A stretch of 60,451 nt of DNA, counting the filler. It is 5 parts of 5 records of this genome, joined end to end, with 100 filler letters (N's around TTAATTAATTAA, not from the genome) between each part and the next. Parts side by side here need not be neighbours in the genome. Positions count along the whole stretch, not along the records: positions 1 to 11,359 come from SRR31147125_57486; positions 11,460 to 23,265 come from SRR31147125_57494; 3 more parts are not named here. One strand, 5' to 3'. Numbering within the stretch: position 1 is the first letter of the stretch; every line of letters begins with the position of its first letter. Shown one piece after another: positions 9,912 through 21,562 of the stretch. The notes beneath the pieces were generated by a model. It ran no database searches. It was not told the DNA's origin and saw only the letters and a list, made by a program, of their open reading frames with translations. The position numbers were made by a program, and so were the translations under genes.

Positions 9912-10718
9912 ATGTCCGATCTTGCCGTCAAATGTGCAGAAAATCTTGAGAAAATAAGAACGAACAAACCGCTTATCCACAACATCACCAACTTCGTGGT
10001 GATGAACTATACTGCCAATATCCTGCTTGCCGCCGGGGCTTCACCGGTTATGGCCCACGCCGAGAATGAAGTGGAAGAAATGGTCGGCTTTGCCGGTTCC
10101 CTCGTCCTCAATATCGGCACGCTCACCGATACGTGGGTGGATGCGATGCTCAAGGCCGGACGCAAGGCCAGCAAACTGGGAACCCCGATAGTACTGGACC
10201 CCGTCGGATCCGGCGCAACCCGGCTGCGCACCGAAAGTGCGAAGAAAATCATCGCCGAGACCAATGTGACCATCGTGCGTGGCAACGCGTCCGAAATCCT
10301 CTCCCTGCACAACGAAGAGTCGAAATCCAAGGGGGTTGACTCGCTGCACTCCGTTGACGAAGCAGAGGGAAGCGCGATGATCCTCGCCCGGGAGCTTGGC
10401 GCAACGCTGGCAATTACCGGTCCAACCGATTTCATTACGGACGGCGAGCGCATCATCCGGGTTGCAAACGGGCATGCACTGATGCCGGTCGTCACCGGCA
10501 CCGGCTGTTCGGCAACCGCAATCATCGGGGCGTTCAGCGCTGTGGATCCCGACCCGGTTACCGCAACGGCGACCGCACTTGCCTTTTTCGGCCTTGCCGG
10601 GGAGAAAGCGGGACAAAATGTCGAAGGTCCCGGCTCATTCATGACGGCCCTGCTCGATGCACTGTACCAGGTCACCGCCTATGACATCAAAACCGGGTGC
10701 AGAATCTCTCAGGGGTAG
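9912..10718 (+). CDS. thiM: Hydroxyethylthiazole kinase
   Basis: PLIHNITNFV, GASPVMA, LNIGTL, LDPVG, RGNASE, TGTGC. Confidence 0.95.
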   Translation: MSDLAVKCAENLEKIRTNKPLIHNITNFVVMNYTANILLAAGASPVMAHAENEVEEMVGFAGSLVLNIGTLTDTWVDAMLKAGRKASKLGTPIVLDPVGSGATRLRTESAKKIIAETNVTIVRGNASEILSLHNEESKSKGVDSLHSVDEAEGSAMILARELGATLAITGPTDFITDGERIIRVANGHALMPVVTGTGCSATAIIGAFSAVDPDPVTATATALAFFGLAGEKAGQNVEGPGSFMTALLDALYQVTAYDIKTGCRISQG

Positions 10719-10721
10719 CCG

Positions 10722-11359
10722 GTGAGATTGGACTACTCACTCTACCTGGTCACCGACCGGACGCTGTCACGGGGACGCTCGACACGTGAAATCGTCGAGG
10801 CGGCACTCTCCGGCGGAATCACCTGCGTTCAGCTACGGGAGAAAGCGTGTTCCACGCGTGAATTCATTGCGGAGGCCCGTATCATACACCCGCTTCTCGC
10901 CGAACACGAAATTCCGCTGATCATCAATGACCGCCTCGATGTGGCCCTTGCCGTCGGTGCCGACGGCCTACACCTCGGCCAGAGCGACATGCACATCAGC
11001 GATGCCAGGAGGATCGGGGGAGACAGGCTGATAATCGGCGTGTCGGCGGAGTCAATCGAAGACGCCGTCGAGGCCGAAAAAAACGGTGCCGACTATATCG
11101 GCATCAGCCCGGTTTTCTCCACACCGACCAAGGCGGACACGGCCCCGCCGCTCGGCCTTGCCGGCGTGGCGAAGATCAGAAAACTCGTCGGCATACCGAT
11201 TGTCGGGATCGGGGGGATCAACAGGGACAATGCGGCATCAGTGACCGCGGCAGGGGCTGACGGCATCGCCGTCGTCTCCGCCATCGTCAGTGCCGATGCC
11301 CCCGGAACAGCGGCGGCCGAACTGAAAGCGATTATCGCATCGCCGGGTCCCCGCTCCCC
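10722..11359 (+). CDS. thiE: Thiamine-phosphate synthase (runs into gap)
   Basis: LYLVTD, VQLREK, IINDRLD, HLGQSD, TPTK, IGGIN. Confidence 0.95.
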
Positions 11360-11459
11360 NNNNNNNNNNNNNNNNNNNNNNNNNNNNNNNNNNNNNNNNN
11401 NNNTTAATTAATTAANNNNNNNNNNNNNNNNNNNNNNNNNNNNNNNNNNNNNNNNNNNN
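11360..11459. other. Artificial contig spacer
   Basis: N-run with TTAATTAATTAA linker. Confidence 0.97.
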
Positions 11460-12474
11460 GGGGCCCAGCTCATCCACCATGCCCAATAAAATACGGTCCA
11501 GCTGCCAATCCAGTTACCTTCATATCCCGGTGCGGTGAAAAGACTCATGGGAATGAAGTGGATCAAATATTGTCCGATGGCGTTGGTAGTCAGGTTGATG
11601 AGAAAAATGGTGGGGCCGAAGATCAGGATGAAAAACCAGACCGCCACAAACACCCACATATTGATATCACCGATCACCTTGACGCCCTTCTCCAACCCGG
11701 TATAGACGGAAAAGGTGAAAATGGCGGTGAGCACGCCGATGATGATATAGGTGCTGCCCGGCCCGAGTTGCATGCCGTATTGATATTTCAATCCACTGGA
11801 TAGCTGAAGCGCCACAAGCCCTGTTGTGGTGGCAAGTCCGCCAAGGGTGGCAAATACAGCGAAAATATCGAGTATTTTTCCCCAAGTACCGTGAACCTTG
11901 TCGCCAATAACATAGTAAAATGCACTGGAGAATTTCAAGGGTAGATTTTTGGTAAAGCAGGCATGCCCCAAGGCAACAGTCAAAAGTGCATAGATGGCCC
12001 AGGCGCTGAACCCCCAGTGGAAAAAAGAATAGGTCATGGCATTGGCCCCGGTTTCAGGCGTATTGGGCTCTCCGCCGAAATAAGGGGGCGGGCTCATGTA
12101 ATGGTAGGCCGGCTCGGCCGGTCCCCAAAAGACGATTCCGGCGGCAATGGCGGAACCGAACAGCATGGCAAACCATGAAAAGTTTGAAAACTCAGGCTTG
12201 TCTTCGGAAAGTCCCAGTTTCAGGTGGCCGTACCCCCCTCCCATGAGAACAAAGCATCCCACCACAAGGGCGAATGCAGTGAAAAGATAGAGCCCCCCCA
12301 ATAGGTGGTGGTCCAGCTGAAAACGGCGTTGACGGCGGCACTCATGTTCTCCGGCATCAAAACCGACCAAAGAACGAAAAGAACGGTTAAAGTGGCTGAC
12401 ACCCAGAATACCATGGGGTCAAAGGGTTTTTGTTTCGTGGATGACGTTGACACGATGCTCTCCTGCGACTTCAT
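11460..12474 (-). CDS. BCCT family (betaine/carnitine/choline) transporter, 3' truncated by gap, frameshift ~12295
   Basis: PEFSNFSWFAMLF, FWGPAEP, FFHWG...WAIY, WTVFYWAWWMSWA. Confidence 0.9.
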
Positions 12475-12558
12475 TAAAATTTCGGGTTATAATTTTTCAT
12501 CCAAACATTGTTACTTATAGATAGATAAGGATGATTGGTGTTCTAAACCCAGTATAAA

Positions 12559-12574
12559 AGCAGGTTGCGTACCA
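12559..12574 (-). promoter_or_regulatory. Sigma54 promoter of BCCT gene
   Basis: TGGTAC-GCAAC-CTGCT with -24 GG / -12 GC spacing. Confidence 0.55.
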
Positions 12575-12938
12575 AAGAATGTCGATTCCATCAAAACCGC
12601 CTCAAACAATTTTCCAATCCGTCAAATTCATCACTATTTAGCTGTTTTTTGATATTTTTTTTAACAACCGCCCCCTCTCCTTGAATACACATCGAAACGA
12701 AACAGAAAATTATTTTTCATATTTTACCCACCTAAAAGATAAATATTTTTCATATGAAAATTATTTTTACAGCTTGAAAATGATCATCCTGATTATTTCA
12801 TGACATCCGGGCAATACCTAATCATACCAAAAGCCTTGAAGTTTTATATGATGTCATGAATAATAATGATCAAGACACGTTGCTAAGTCCAAGAATGCAT
12901 GCCGAAAATCATTAAAACCGGTTTAATCAGGAGGTCCC

Positions 12939-15900
12939 TTGACTTTGAAAGATATCGAGGAAAAATCAACGAAGCAGAACGACAAAGAACTTCTCTACTT
13001 CAAATCCTTTCACGAATTGATGACCCTGCGGGTGGATGAAATCCTTCTGGTCTCCAGCCCCTACGATGCCTTTATCATGCAGGAAGACGGCCGTCTTTCG
13101 GAGCGGATCATCCATGAGTATCGAGGACTGAACCTTAGCCGTCCGCCGCGACTCACCTGGGTTTCCAGTTCGTCAGAAGCCTTGACCCAACTTGAAAATC
13201 GAATCTATGACATCGTCATTGTCATGCCCCATATCAGCGACATGGACTCCTATGATCTGTGTGAAAAAATCAAAAGCATATATAAGGAACTACCGGTCTA
13301 CTACTTTGCTTATGATGCCGGAAAACTCTTGGATAGCGACAAATGCTTTGATCGACGCATCATCGATCGCACCTTCATCTGGAGCGGCAACACCGATCTC
13401 TTGATGGCCCTGGTGAAAAACCGGGAAGATTTCATGAATGTGGATCACGACACCGATCTTGCCAATGTCCGCGTGGTTATTTTTGTGGAAGACTCTCCGC
13501 TCTATATTTCATCCCTTCTGCCCTACATCTACAAAGAGATCGTTATGCAGACCCAGGCGGTCATGGACGACTCTCTCAATGAAAAAGATCGAATTCTCAG
13601 AATGCGGGCCCGCCCCAAAATTCTGCTTGCGGAAAACTATGAGGATGCCTGGAATCTCTATAAAAAATATTCCGAATATCTGCTTTGCGTCATCTCCGAT
13701 GTCCGGTACCCCAAAGGCGGCAAAGAAGATGCCCATGCCGGACTGAAACTTCTGAGTCGAATCAAAGAAGAGATCCCCGACATTCCCATGCTCATACTCT
13801 CTTCCGAAGTGGAAAACAAAGCGAGTGCCGAAGCGATCCCGGCGTTCTTTCTGGATAAGAACTCCCCGGCGCTCCATGCCGACATCCGATACTTCCTGGT
13901 TCAATATCTGGGATTCGGAGACTTTCTCTTTCGCCGACCGGACGGATCGGTGGTGGCCCGGGCGTCAAACCTGCGCAGCATGAGCTCCATTCTTCACTCC
14001 GTACCGGACGAATCCATTGCCTATCATGCCGCTCGAAACGATTTTTCCCGCTGGTTCATGGCCAGATTTGAAATGCAGCTTGCCGCAAAACTCAAACCCT
14101 TGACTCTCAATGACTTCAGAGGCATCCGGGATGCCAAGGAGTATTTGATCAAACTCATTCGAAACAAATTGAAAATTCGGCAAAAAGGGCTGATCTCCGA
14201 TTTCATCAGTGAAAAGTTCGATGCCGAGGATGATTTCGTCAAAATCGGAAGAGGATCCCTCGGAGGAAAGGCCCGGGGGCTTGCATTCATCTCCAATCTC
14301 TTCCGCGAACAATCCGATTTTCAGGAGAAGTACAAGGATGTCTCCATCACCCTCCCCAAAATCGTGGTGATTACCACCGAAGGATTCGACGATTTCGAAC
14401 GGTTGAACGACACCCGGGAGTTTCTCAAAACCATCAAAAGCGACCACGAGATTAAAGCACACTTCAAAAAATCCCTTTTCCCGGAATGGCTCTCAAGGGA
14501 TCTGGCCATCTTTTTGAAACATGTCACCTATCCCCTTGCGGTACGCTCTTCGGCCATTCTGGAAGATGCCCACTATCGCCCCAGTGCCGGTGCCTACAGT
14601 ACCTACATGCTGCCCAACAATCACCCGGACATCGACGTCAGGCTTACCCAGCTCATCAAGGCCGTCAAGTTGGTCTATGCCTCCATTTACCAGGAAACTC
14701 CAAGGCTTCTGGCAAAACATTCCGTCTATCGACCGGAAGAGGATAAAATGGCCGTCATTATCCAGCAACTCTCCGGTACGGAAAACAACAACTATTTCTA
14801 TCCGGCCATTTCCGGTGTGGCGCAATCCTATAATTTCTATCCGGTCTCTTACATGAAGCCCGATGAAGGGGTGGCCCATATTGCCCTGGGGCTTGGGAAA
14901 ATTGTTGTGGACGGCGGCGTGGCATTGCGATTTTCTCCCAGATATCCGGAATTCCTGCCCCAGTTTTCTTCCGTGGACAATATCTTGAAAAACGCCCAGC
15001 GCTACTTTTACGCATTGAGAACCAAAGAACCGGCCACACAAGAAGCTGCCGCTCTCAACTACATCGAAGAGACCGACTTCGAACTGGAGCGGTTGGATGT
15101 GGATGACGCCGTCACTCATCGGCCCGTGCAACGGTTGGTCAGCACTTTCTCGCCGGAAGACAATCGTCTGAGGGATTTTTTCAATAAAAACGGCTATCCC
15201 GTACTCACCTTTGCCTCCATTTTGAAATTCAAGGAGTTCCCATTGGGAGAGATTGTTTCAGATCTTCTGGAGATCGGTAAAACCGGTATGGGGTGTCCTG
15301 TGGAAATCGAGTTTGCCGTCAATTTGTTCGACGATCAAAAACCGGAATTCTCCCTGCTGCAGATTCGGCCCATGATGGTGGCGCAGCACCACATGAATGT
15401 GGATATCAACGCTTTTGAGACAGAGCCGCAATTTGCCTTTTGTCATTCGGACAAAGCCATGGGCAGCAGTCAAATTTCCCCGGTCTGCCATATCATTTAC
15501 GTTAAACCCGACGCTTTTGACACGGCCAAGACCATTGAAATTGCGGAAGAGATCGAAAGACTCAATGCCGCATTCGGTATCTCTGAAAAAGAGCGATGCC
15601 GGATGTGCCGATTGGAGAACGAGGATTCCAAGCCCATTGAAGAGGATAAATATCTTCTCATCGGTCCGGGACGGTGGGGTACCACCGACAGATTCCTTGG
15701 GATCCCCGTCAAATGGAGTCAAATCACCCATGTGGGCACCATCATCGAAACCGTGTCGGACAAACTCAATGCCGATCCCTCCCAGGGAAGCCATTTTTTC
15801 CATAACATCACCTCCCTGGGGATCAACTACCTTGGGGTCCCGGCAAAGGATAAAAATTTCATCGACTGGGAGTGGCTCGATGCCCGGCCCGCCGAAAGAG

Positions 15901-16019
15901 AAACCCGATTTCTTCGCTATTTGAAACTGCCGCGTCCGGCCATTTTGAAAATTGACGGGCGAACCTCCACAGCCGTCATTTTGAAGGAAGAGGTCAACAC
16001 CGTTGGGGAGTGTGGTTAA
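12939..16019 (+). CDS. Receiver-like domains fused to PEP/pyruvate-binding (PPDK_N / PEP synthase-like) domain
   Basis: ILLVSSPYD, GGKARGL, AVRSSA..ED, EIEFA, LQIRP, GPGRWG, PSQGSHFFHN. Confidence 0.8.
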   Translation: MTLKDIEEKSTKQNDKELLYFKSFHELMTLRVDEILLVSSPYDAFIMQEDGRLSERIIHEYRGLNLSRPPRLTWVSSSSEALTQLENRIYDIVIVMPHISDMDSYDLCEKIKSIYKELPVYYFAYDAGKLLDSDKCFDRRIIDRTFIWSGNTDLLMALVKNREDFMNVDHDTDLANVRVVIFVEDSPLYISSLLPYIYKEIVMQTQAVMDDSLNEKDRILRMRARPKILLAENYEDAWNLYKKYSEYLLCVISDVRYPKGGKEDAHAGLKLLSRIKEEIPDIPMLILSSEVENKASAEAIPAFFLDKNSPALHADIRYFLVQYLGFGDFLFRRPDGSVVARASNLRSMSSILHSVPDESIAYHAARNDFSRWFMARFEMQLAAKLKPLTLNDFRGIRDAKEYLIKLIRNKLKIRQKGLISDFISEKFDAEDDFVKIGRGSLGGKARGLAFISNLFREQSDFQEKYKDVSITLPKIVVITTEGFDDFERLNDTREFLKTIKSDHEIKAHFKKSLFPEWLSRDLAIFLKHVTYPLAVRSSAILEDAHYRPSAGAYSTYMLPNNHPDIDVRLTQLIKAVKLVYASIYQETPRLLAKHSVYRPEEDKMAVIIQQLSGTENNNYFYPAISGVAQSYNFYPVSYMKPDEGVAHIALGLGKIVVDGGVALRFSPRYPEFLPQFSSVDNILKNAQRYFYALRTKEPATQEAAALNYIEETDFELERLDVDDAVTHRPVQRLVSTFSPEDNRLRDFFNKNGYPVLTFASILKFKEFPLGEIVSDLLEIGKTGMGCPVEIEFAVNLFDDQKPEFSLLQIRPMMVAQHHMNVDINAFETEPQFAFCHSDKAMGSSQISPVCHIIYVKPDAFDTAKTIEIAEEIERLNAAFGISEKERCRMCRLENEDSKPIEEDKYLLIGPGRWGTTDRFLGIPVKWSQITHVGTIIETVSDKLNADPSQGSHFFHNITSLGINYLGVPAKDKNFIDWEWLDARPAERETRFLRYLKLPRPAILKIDGRTSTAVILKEEVNTVGECG

Positions 16020-16149
16020 CGCGGCAAGTCCGAGCGACGCGGATTGTGCTTGCTACGACAGATTACGGAAGACCCAAATATTTGAGACGGTGCTTTGCAC
16101 GTCAAATCTGAACTGGGACAATGAAGAAGGCCGAGGGGTAGAGAGATAG

Positions 16150-16752
16150 ATGAGTGAGAAAGATCGCATTAAGTGGGAAAAAAAATACCAAATCCAAAAT
16201 GCTGAAAAAGAAAATAAGGAAGACGACGAAGAGAGCTCCCCATCTGAAATTCTTGTAACTTTTCACCGATTGGCACCCTCGGCCAATGCGTTGAATGACT
16301 TGAAGGCCCTGGATATTGCCGCCGGGAGAGGAAGAAACAGTCTTTTCCTGGCCGAGCAGGGCTTTGCCGTGGATGCGGTGGATATCTCCAGCGTCGCCAC
16401 GGACCAATTGAATGGTCGACATCCCAAAATCAATGCCATGTGTCAAGACCTTGATTCATGGGAGATTCCCAAAAAACAGTATGACTTGATCGTCAATGTT
16501 CGTTTTTTGGACCAACGGCTTTTTACCCCAATTAAAGAGGGGCTCAAACCGGGTGGCGTGCTGATTTTTGAATCTTTTCTTGAAGGAACCCAAAAAAGCG
16601 GCGGCGTCTCCCATTGCCCTAAATATCTGCTCCGGAAAAATGAATTGCTGCACGCTTTTCTGGGGCTCCATGTCATCTATTATGAAGAGCGAACAGAGAC
16701 CCGGACCCAAGCGGTTCATGCCATTGCCTCCCTGGTTGCCGTCAATGAGTAA
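16150..16752 (+). CDS. Class I SAM-dependent methyltransferase (TehB-like)
   Basis: ALDIAAGRGRN, VDIS, LKPGG. Confidence 0.85.
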   Translation: MSEKDRIKWEKKYQIQNAEKENKEDDEESSPSEILVTFHRLAPSANALNDLKALDIAAGRGRNSLFLAEQGFAVDAVDISSVATDQLNGRHPKINAMCQDLDSWEIPKKQYDLIVNVRFLDQRLFTPIKEGLKPGGVLIFESFLEGTQKSGGVSHCPKYLLRKNELLHAFLGLHVIYYEERTETRTQAVHAIASLVAVNE

Positions 16753-18241
16753 TTCCCACTTCTCGTTCATCGTAAAGAAGCGCGTCAATTTCTACGGCAA
16801 TGAGATTCTCAAGGTAGTAGAGTCGAAGCAGATTGAATCGTGCCTCGGCATAAAGCAGATTGAAATCTCCCAACCGGGTCAGAGTCATGGTGCCGGTCCC
16901 GTACATTCCCCTGGCGTCTTCATAGTTTCCATTGGAGAGGTTGACGCTCTCTTCCTGAAGGGCAATCCTTCTCTCCAAACTGATGGTTTCACTTTTCAGC
17001 TTATCCACGACACCGGCCAATCGTTGCCGCACCTGCGCCAACTGGGTCCGGCATTGCACACGCTCTGCCCGTGCGGCGTCAATGGCGGCCTCTTTCGCTC
17101 CCCCATCAAGGATATTCCAGGATAGCCGGGCTCCAACATTCCAGGAAGTTTCCAACTCAGAGGCGTTCTCCCCGCCATAGGCGCCGCCCGCCACAAGGGC
17201 GATTTCCGGCAGGCGTTCTCCTTTGGCCATCTTCAACCGGTTTTCGGAGTTGTCCAGCCCGCTTTCCGCATATCGTATATCCAGCTGCGCCCCATCATGA
17301 TAAAGAGATTCGATTGCTTTCAACGATGCCTGTGCCCCTTTTGCTCTTTGAAGTGTGCCTTGCGGGGTGATGACGTGATGGGTGATCGCTGGGTGGGTGA
17401 CGCCATTGAGATTTCGGGAATTCCCACTTTGCGATCCAGGTATGGATGGGGCTAAATCCCCACTACCGATGTCCGGAGCCCGGCCCAAAGTCAGATTGAA
17501 ATCAACGAGAGCCGTATGATAATCGTTCTCTCCGGCGCGAAGCTCATCCTGGGCCATGTGCAGATTGAGCTTTGCTTCCCGGACATCGAGATTGGTGACC
17601 ATGCCGGCGTCGAACAGATCCGACGCATCCCCTAGTTCATCCTTCCGCTGCCGGACCCGGTCCTTCATGACATCGAGACGCGCCTGCTGATAGAGGACGG
17701 TATGAAATGCGGTGGAGACCTCCCGGATCAGATCCCGGGTCATGGATTGCTCGCCAAGATCGGCAAGCGTCATGAGACTTTGCTTCAAGGCATGACTGAC
17801 AGGGATTCGTCCGCCCGCCCACAAGAGACGACTGATGGTGACGTTCGTCGTGGCCTCTCTGTCCGGATAGGTATAAAACAAGGAATCCTCTGCGGACGTA
17901 CCCAGCTCATTGTAGGAAAGGGCGGTGTCAATTCTTGTGGCGGTAAAGGTGTCCACCTGTCGGGCTTCGGCAAAGGCTTTTTCCCGATCGGCCCGGATTT
18001 CCCGGATTCGATCCGACTCCGACAGCGCCAATTGAATCGATTCTTCCAGCGTCATGGCGCAAGCGGTGCCTTTACTCGAGCATATCACGCTGCTCCCCAT
18101 CCACCGACTCACCGTTCCCCAAAGGATGTTGTTTTCACATGAAACATCGCAGGATAAATTGTGAAACAATAGGATGAGAGAATAAAAACAGATCCATCCC
18201 AAAGAGAATTGATCCCACAATAATTTAAGATTTTTCATCAA
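16742..18241 (-). CDS. TolC family outer-membrane efflux protein
   Basis: MTLEESIQLAL, helical repeats, LP.I.L..., W.ILDGG; downstream of RND gene. Confidence 0.8.
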   Translation of the reverse strand: MMKNLKLLWDQFSLGWICFYSLILLFHNLSCDVSCENNILWGTVSRWMGSSVICSSKGTACAMTLEESIQLALSESDRIREIRADREKAFAEARQVDTFTATRIDTALSYNELGTSAEDSLFYTYPDREATTNVTISRLLWAGGRIPVSHALKQSLMTLADLGEQSMTRDLIREVSTAFHTVLYQQARLDVMKDRVRQRKDELGDASDLFDAGMVTNLDVREAKLNLHMAQDELRAGENDYHTALVDFNLTLGRAPDIGSGDLAPSIPGSQSGNSRNLNGVTHPAITHHVITPQGTLQRAKGAQASLKAIESLYHDGAQLDIRYAESGLDNSENRLKMAKGERLPEIALVAGGAYGGENASELETSWNVGARLSWNILDGGAKEAAIDAARAERVQCRTQLAQVRQRLAGVVDKLKSETISLERRIALQEESVNLSNGNYEDARGMYGTGTMTLTRLGDFNLLYAEARFNLLRLYYLENLIAVEIDALLYDEREVGITH

Positions 18242-21200
18242 CGCTCTCCTTGAAGAATTTCGATTTGACTCCCATCTTTATCTTTTCCATCATTTCATAC
18301 TCCACAGGAATAATCAAAAGCGCCAGCAGCGTGGCGCTGACCAGTCCGGTGGCAAAGGCCGTGGCCATGGGTGCCCAGGTGATGGATTTTCTGGGAATTC
18401 CCACGGCCATGGGCAGCATTCCCATCATGGTGGTGGCGGTGGTGATCAGCACCGGTCGCATACGTGCCCGGCATCCGTTGATGACGGCCTCTCGGAGTTC
18501 CAACCCTTTTGCCCTCTGTTTATTCATAAAATCGATCAAAATGAGGGAATCGTTGACCGCCACACCCGAAAGCCCCACCACGGCAAGAAAGCTGCCGATG
18601 GTAAAGACGGAACGGGTAAAGAACATACCGAACACCACGCCGATAAAGGCGAATCCGATGGCCGTCAGAATCATCATGGGCTGAAAATAGTCGTTGAACT
18701 GAGAGGACAGCACCATATAGATGGCCATCACTGCGATGAAAAATGCAAACATCAAGGAGGTGTAGGCGCGGGAAGTACTTTCGAACTCCCCCCGAAATGG
18801 AGGGTCACACCGGGATACTCCGATGAAATTTCTTCAAAATAGCGGGATGCCAGCACCGCCACCCGCCCTGCAGAGAGCTGCGATCCCTCCCGGATGTCCG
18901 CCGTAATGGTCAAAGTGGGTTTACCCTTGTATCGATTTCGGATATCGGGCTCTTGAACATATGTCACCGCCGCAATATCTCCGATGGTAACCGGTGCCGT
19001 GCTATGCTCGATGACGGGCACCTCCAAAATATCGGTGGGATCGGTCAACCCCACATTGCGAACATTCCCCACATCCCCCTGCCGGGCCAGGCGAACCAGA
19101 AGGGGAATCTCTTCTCCTTCGGTACGATACGTGCCCACGTTCATCCCGTTCAGGGTTCCTGCGATCAAGGCAGTGGCTGCCCGACTGTCGAGACCGAACT
19201 CCAATGCCTTTTTCTGATCCACCACATGGCGCACCACCGTCTGGAGATCGGCCCGGTTGTCCGTCAGATTGACCAGATCCTTGAACGCGTCCCCATTCTT
19301 CAGGAACGCCATCATCCGATCGGTAACCATGCGGGAGTCCTCAATGGACCCGGCTGAGACCCGGATGTTGACGGCTTTCCCCACCGGCGGTCCGGTATTT
19401 TCTCCAAACACGTCCAGTACCGGCATGGCACCCCACTCGGTTTGGTGCTGCTTTGAAAACGCACTCAATCTATCCCGGACAATGTCCAGATAGGCATTCA
19501 CATCGTTGTTTTCAACACCGCTCAACTGCTGCCCCTCCAGGGGAGGAAGCTCCACCACCACCTGACCGTAGTGCTGGGCCCGATGACGAACATAATCTTT
19601 GGTTTCCATCATTCCGGAGGTGCCGTTGACACTTCCCACCTCTCCCTTACCGAACCCCATAATATACGTGGAGAGATCCCGAACAACCCGATCCGTTCCC
19701 TCCACAGAGGTACCCGAAGGCATCTCAAAGGCCACATGATATCGCAGATAGCTGTCTTGAAAAATTTCACTTTTATTAAAGGCGCGATACCGGTAACGGA
19801 GAGCAGCATCATGGCCACGGCCACGGCAAATACGACAAATATTCCCACGATGCTGATAAATTTGTGATTCAAAAGAAAGGTCAAAACAGTGTGGTACACC
19901 TTCCACATGAATCCGAAAAGCCACCGACTGAACCTGTTTTTCCCTTTGACGGCGGCTTTGTCTTTTACATGATTATCTTTGGCATGCCCTTTGGGACCCC
20001 AATCCAGCACATGAACCGGCAAGATGAAGAGGGCCTCCAGAAGAGAGGCAAACAACGCAAAACTGACGGCTTTCGGAATAACACTGAAAAAATCTCCGGT
20101 GGTGCCGGTCATGATCAGCATGGGGACAAATGCCAGGATGGTGGTCAACGCGGAACTGAAAACCGGCAAAATCACCTCTGCCACACCGTCCACCACCGCA
20201 TCGACGCGCCTTTTGCCCATCTCCATGTGACGGTAAATGTTCTCCACAATAATGATGGCATCATCCACGATGATTCCCGAGACCAACACAAATGAAAAGA
20301 GACTGATGGTGTTGATGGACTGACCGGAAAACTTCACGATGATCAAGGTCACCAAAAATGAGAACGGAATCCCCAGGGCCGTGAGCATGGCATTTCGAAA
20401 TCCCAGGGTGATCCAGAGAATGATCACCACAAATCCCATTCCCAGGATCATGTTTCCGCCAAGGGTCTTGACCGAGTCGTTGATCTCCACCGTGGAGTCG
20501 TAGGTCATGGCAATGGTGAGACCATCCGTTTTATGGGATGCCTCAAACCGACGGGCGATGGCCTTGGCTTTTTCGGCAATGGTGACGGCATTGGCGCGGT
20601 CCTCTTTTTGAACCAGCAGTTTGAGTGTGGTTTGACCATTGACCGATGAGATGCTGTCCGGGTCCCGATGGCCCACATTGGCGGCGATCACCAGATCCCG
20701 GATATGAATGAAATTGTCATCCCCATCGCGCCTGACGACGATATCCAGCACCTGCTTTTGGGAATCCAGGATATTTCCGGCATCCAGCATGAGGTTTTGC
20801 CGTCCTTTTCGGAAACGGCCGGTGGGAATCTTGGTGTTGAACGATCGGATGGCTTCGGCTGCCTCGTTGAATGAAACGCCCAGGTCACGGAGCTTTTCCG
20901 GATTCAAGGTGACGTGAAACTCTTTGTCATATTCACCAAAAACACTCACTTCCTGTACGCCGTCAACCTTGATCAAATTGCTTTTGAGCTCATCGCCAAG
21001 CAGTTTCAACGTGCGGTTACTTAAATCGCCCATCAGGTTAACGACGATAACCGGAATCCACATCTTGGTATCCACATAGATAAAAACCGGATCATCCGCC
21101 CCTTCAGGGAGCTGCTTTTTAATGTTGAGTACCCGGAATCGCAATTCGTCGTATTGTGCGTCGTAGTCGGTATCATCCAAGAATTTCACCTCCACATGGG

Positions 21201-21468
21201 AGCTGTTTCGACGGGATTGAGACAGGATATACTCCACATTCTCCAAGCCTTCCAGGGCATCTTCGATCTCATTGGTGACCAGATTCTCCACATCGTCTGC
21301 AGAGGCGCCATAGTAAATTGTGGAGATGAACACCTTTCCCATCTCCACCGGCGGCATGTTCTCCACCGGCGTGTTCAAAAGGCAGAACACACCGGCAATG
21401 GAAAGAATGACAAATGCCACATTGATAAGTACCGTCTGGGTCAATGTAAACCGAACAAAAGATTTCAT
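18225..21468 (-). CDS. RND efflux permease (AcrB-like), split by two frameshifts (~19762, ~18790)
   Basis: GASADDVENLVTNEIE, GIIVDDAII.VEN, R.RPVLITT.TT; joins reconstruct VKFFQDSY and HFGGEFEST. Confidence 0.88.
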
Positions 21469-21562
21469 TGCAGGTCACCTAAGAGTTGATGGTCTCGAAA
21501 AAAGTCAGATTTCAGCATTTTCTGGGGTGTAAGTGGTAAATCAATAATTGCTGACTCCCTTA

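Noticed and set aside
11360-11459. TTAATTAATTAA recurring four times as a repeat or CRISPR-like feature
   Set aside because: It is embedded in N-runs and is a standard six-frame-stop concatenation linker.
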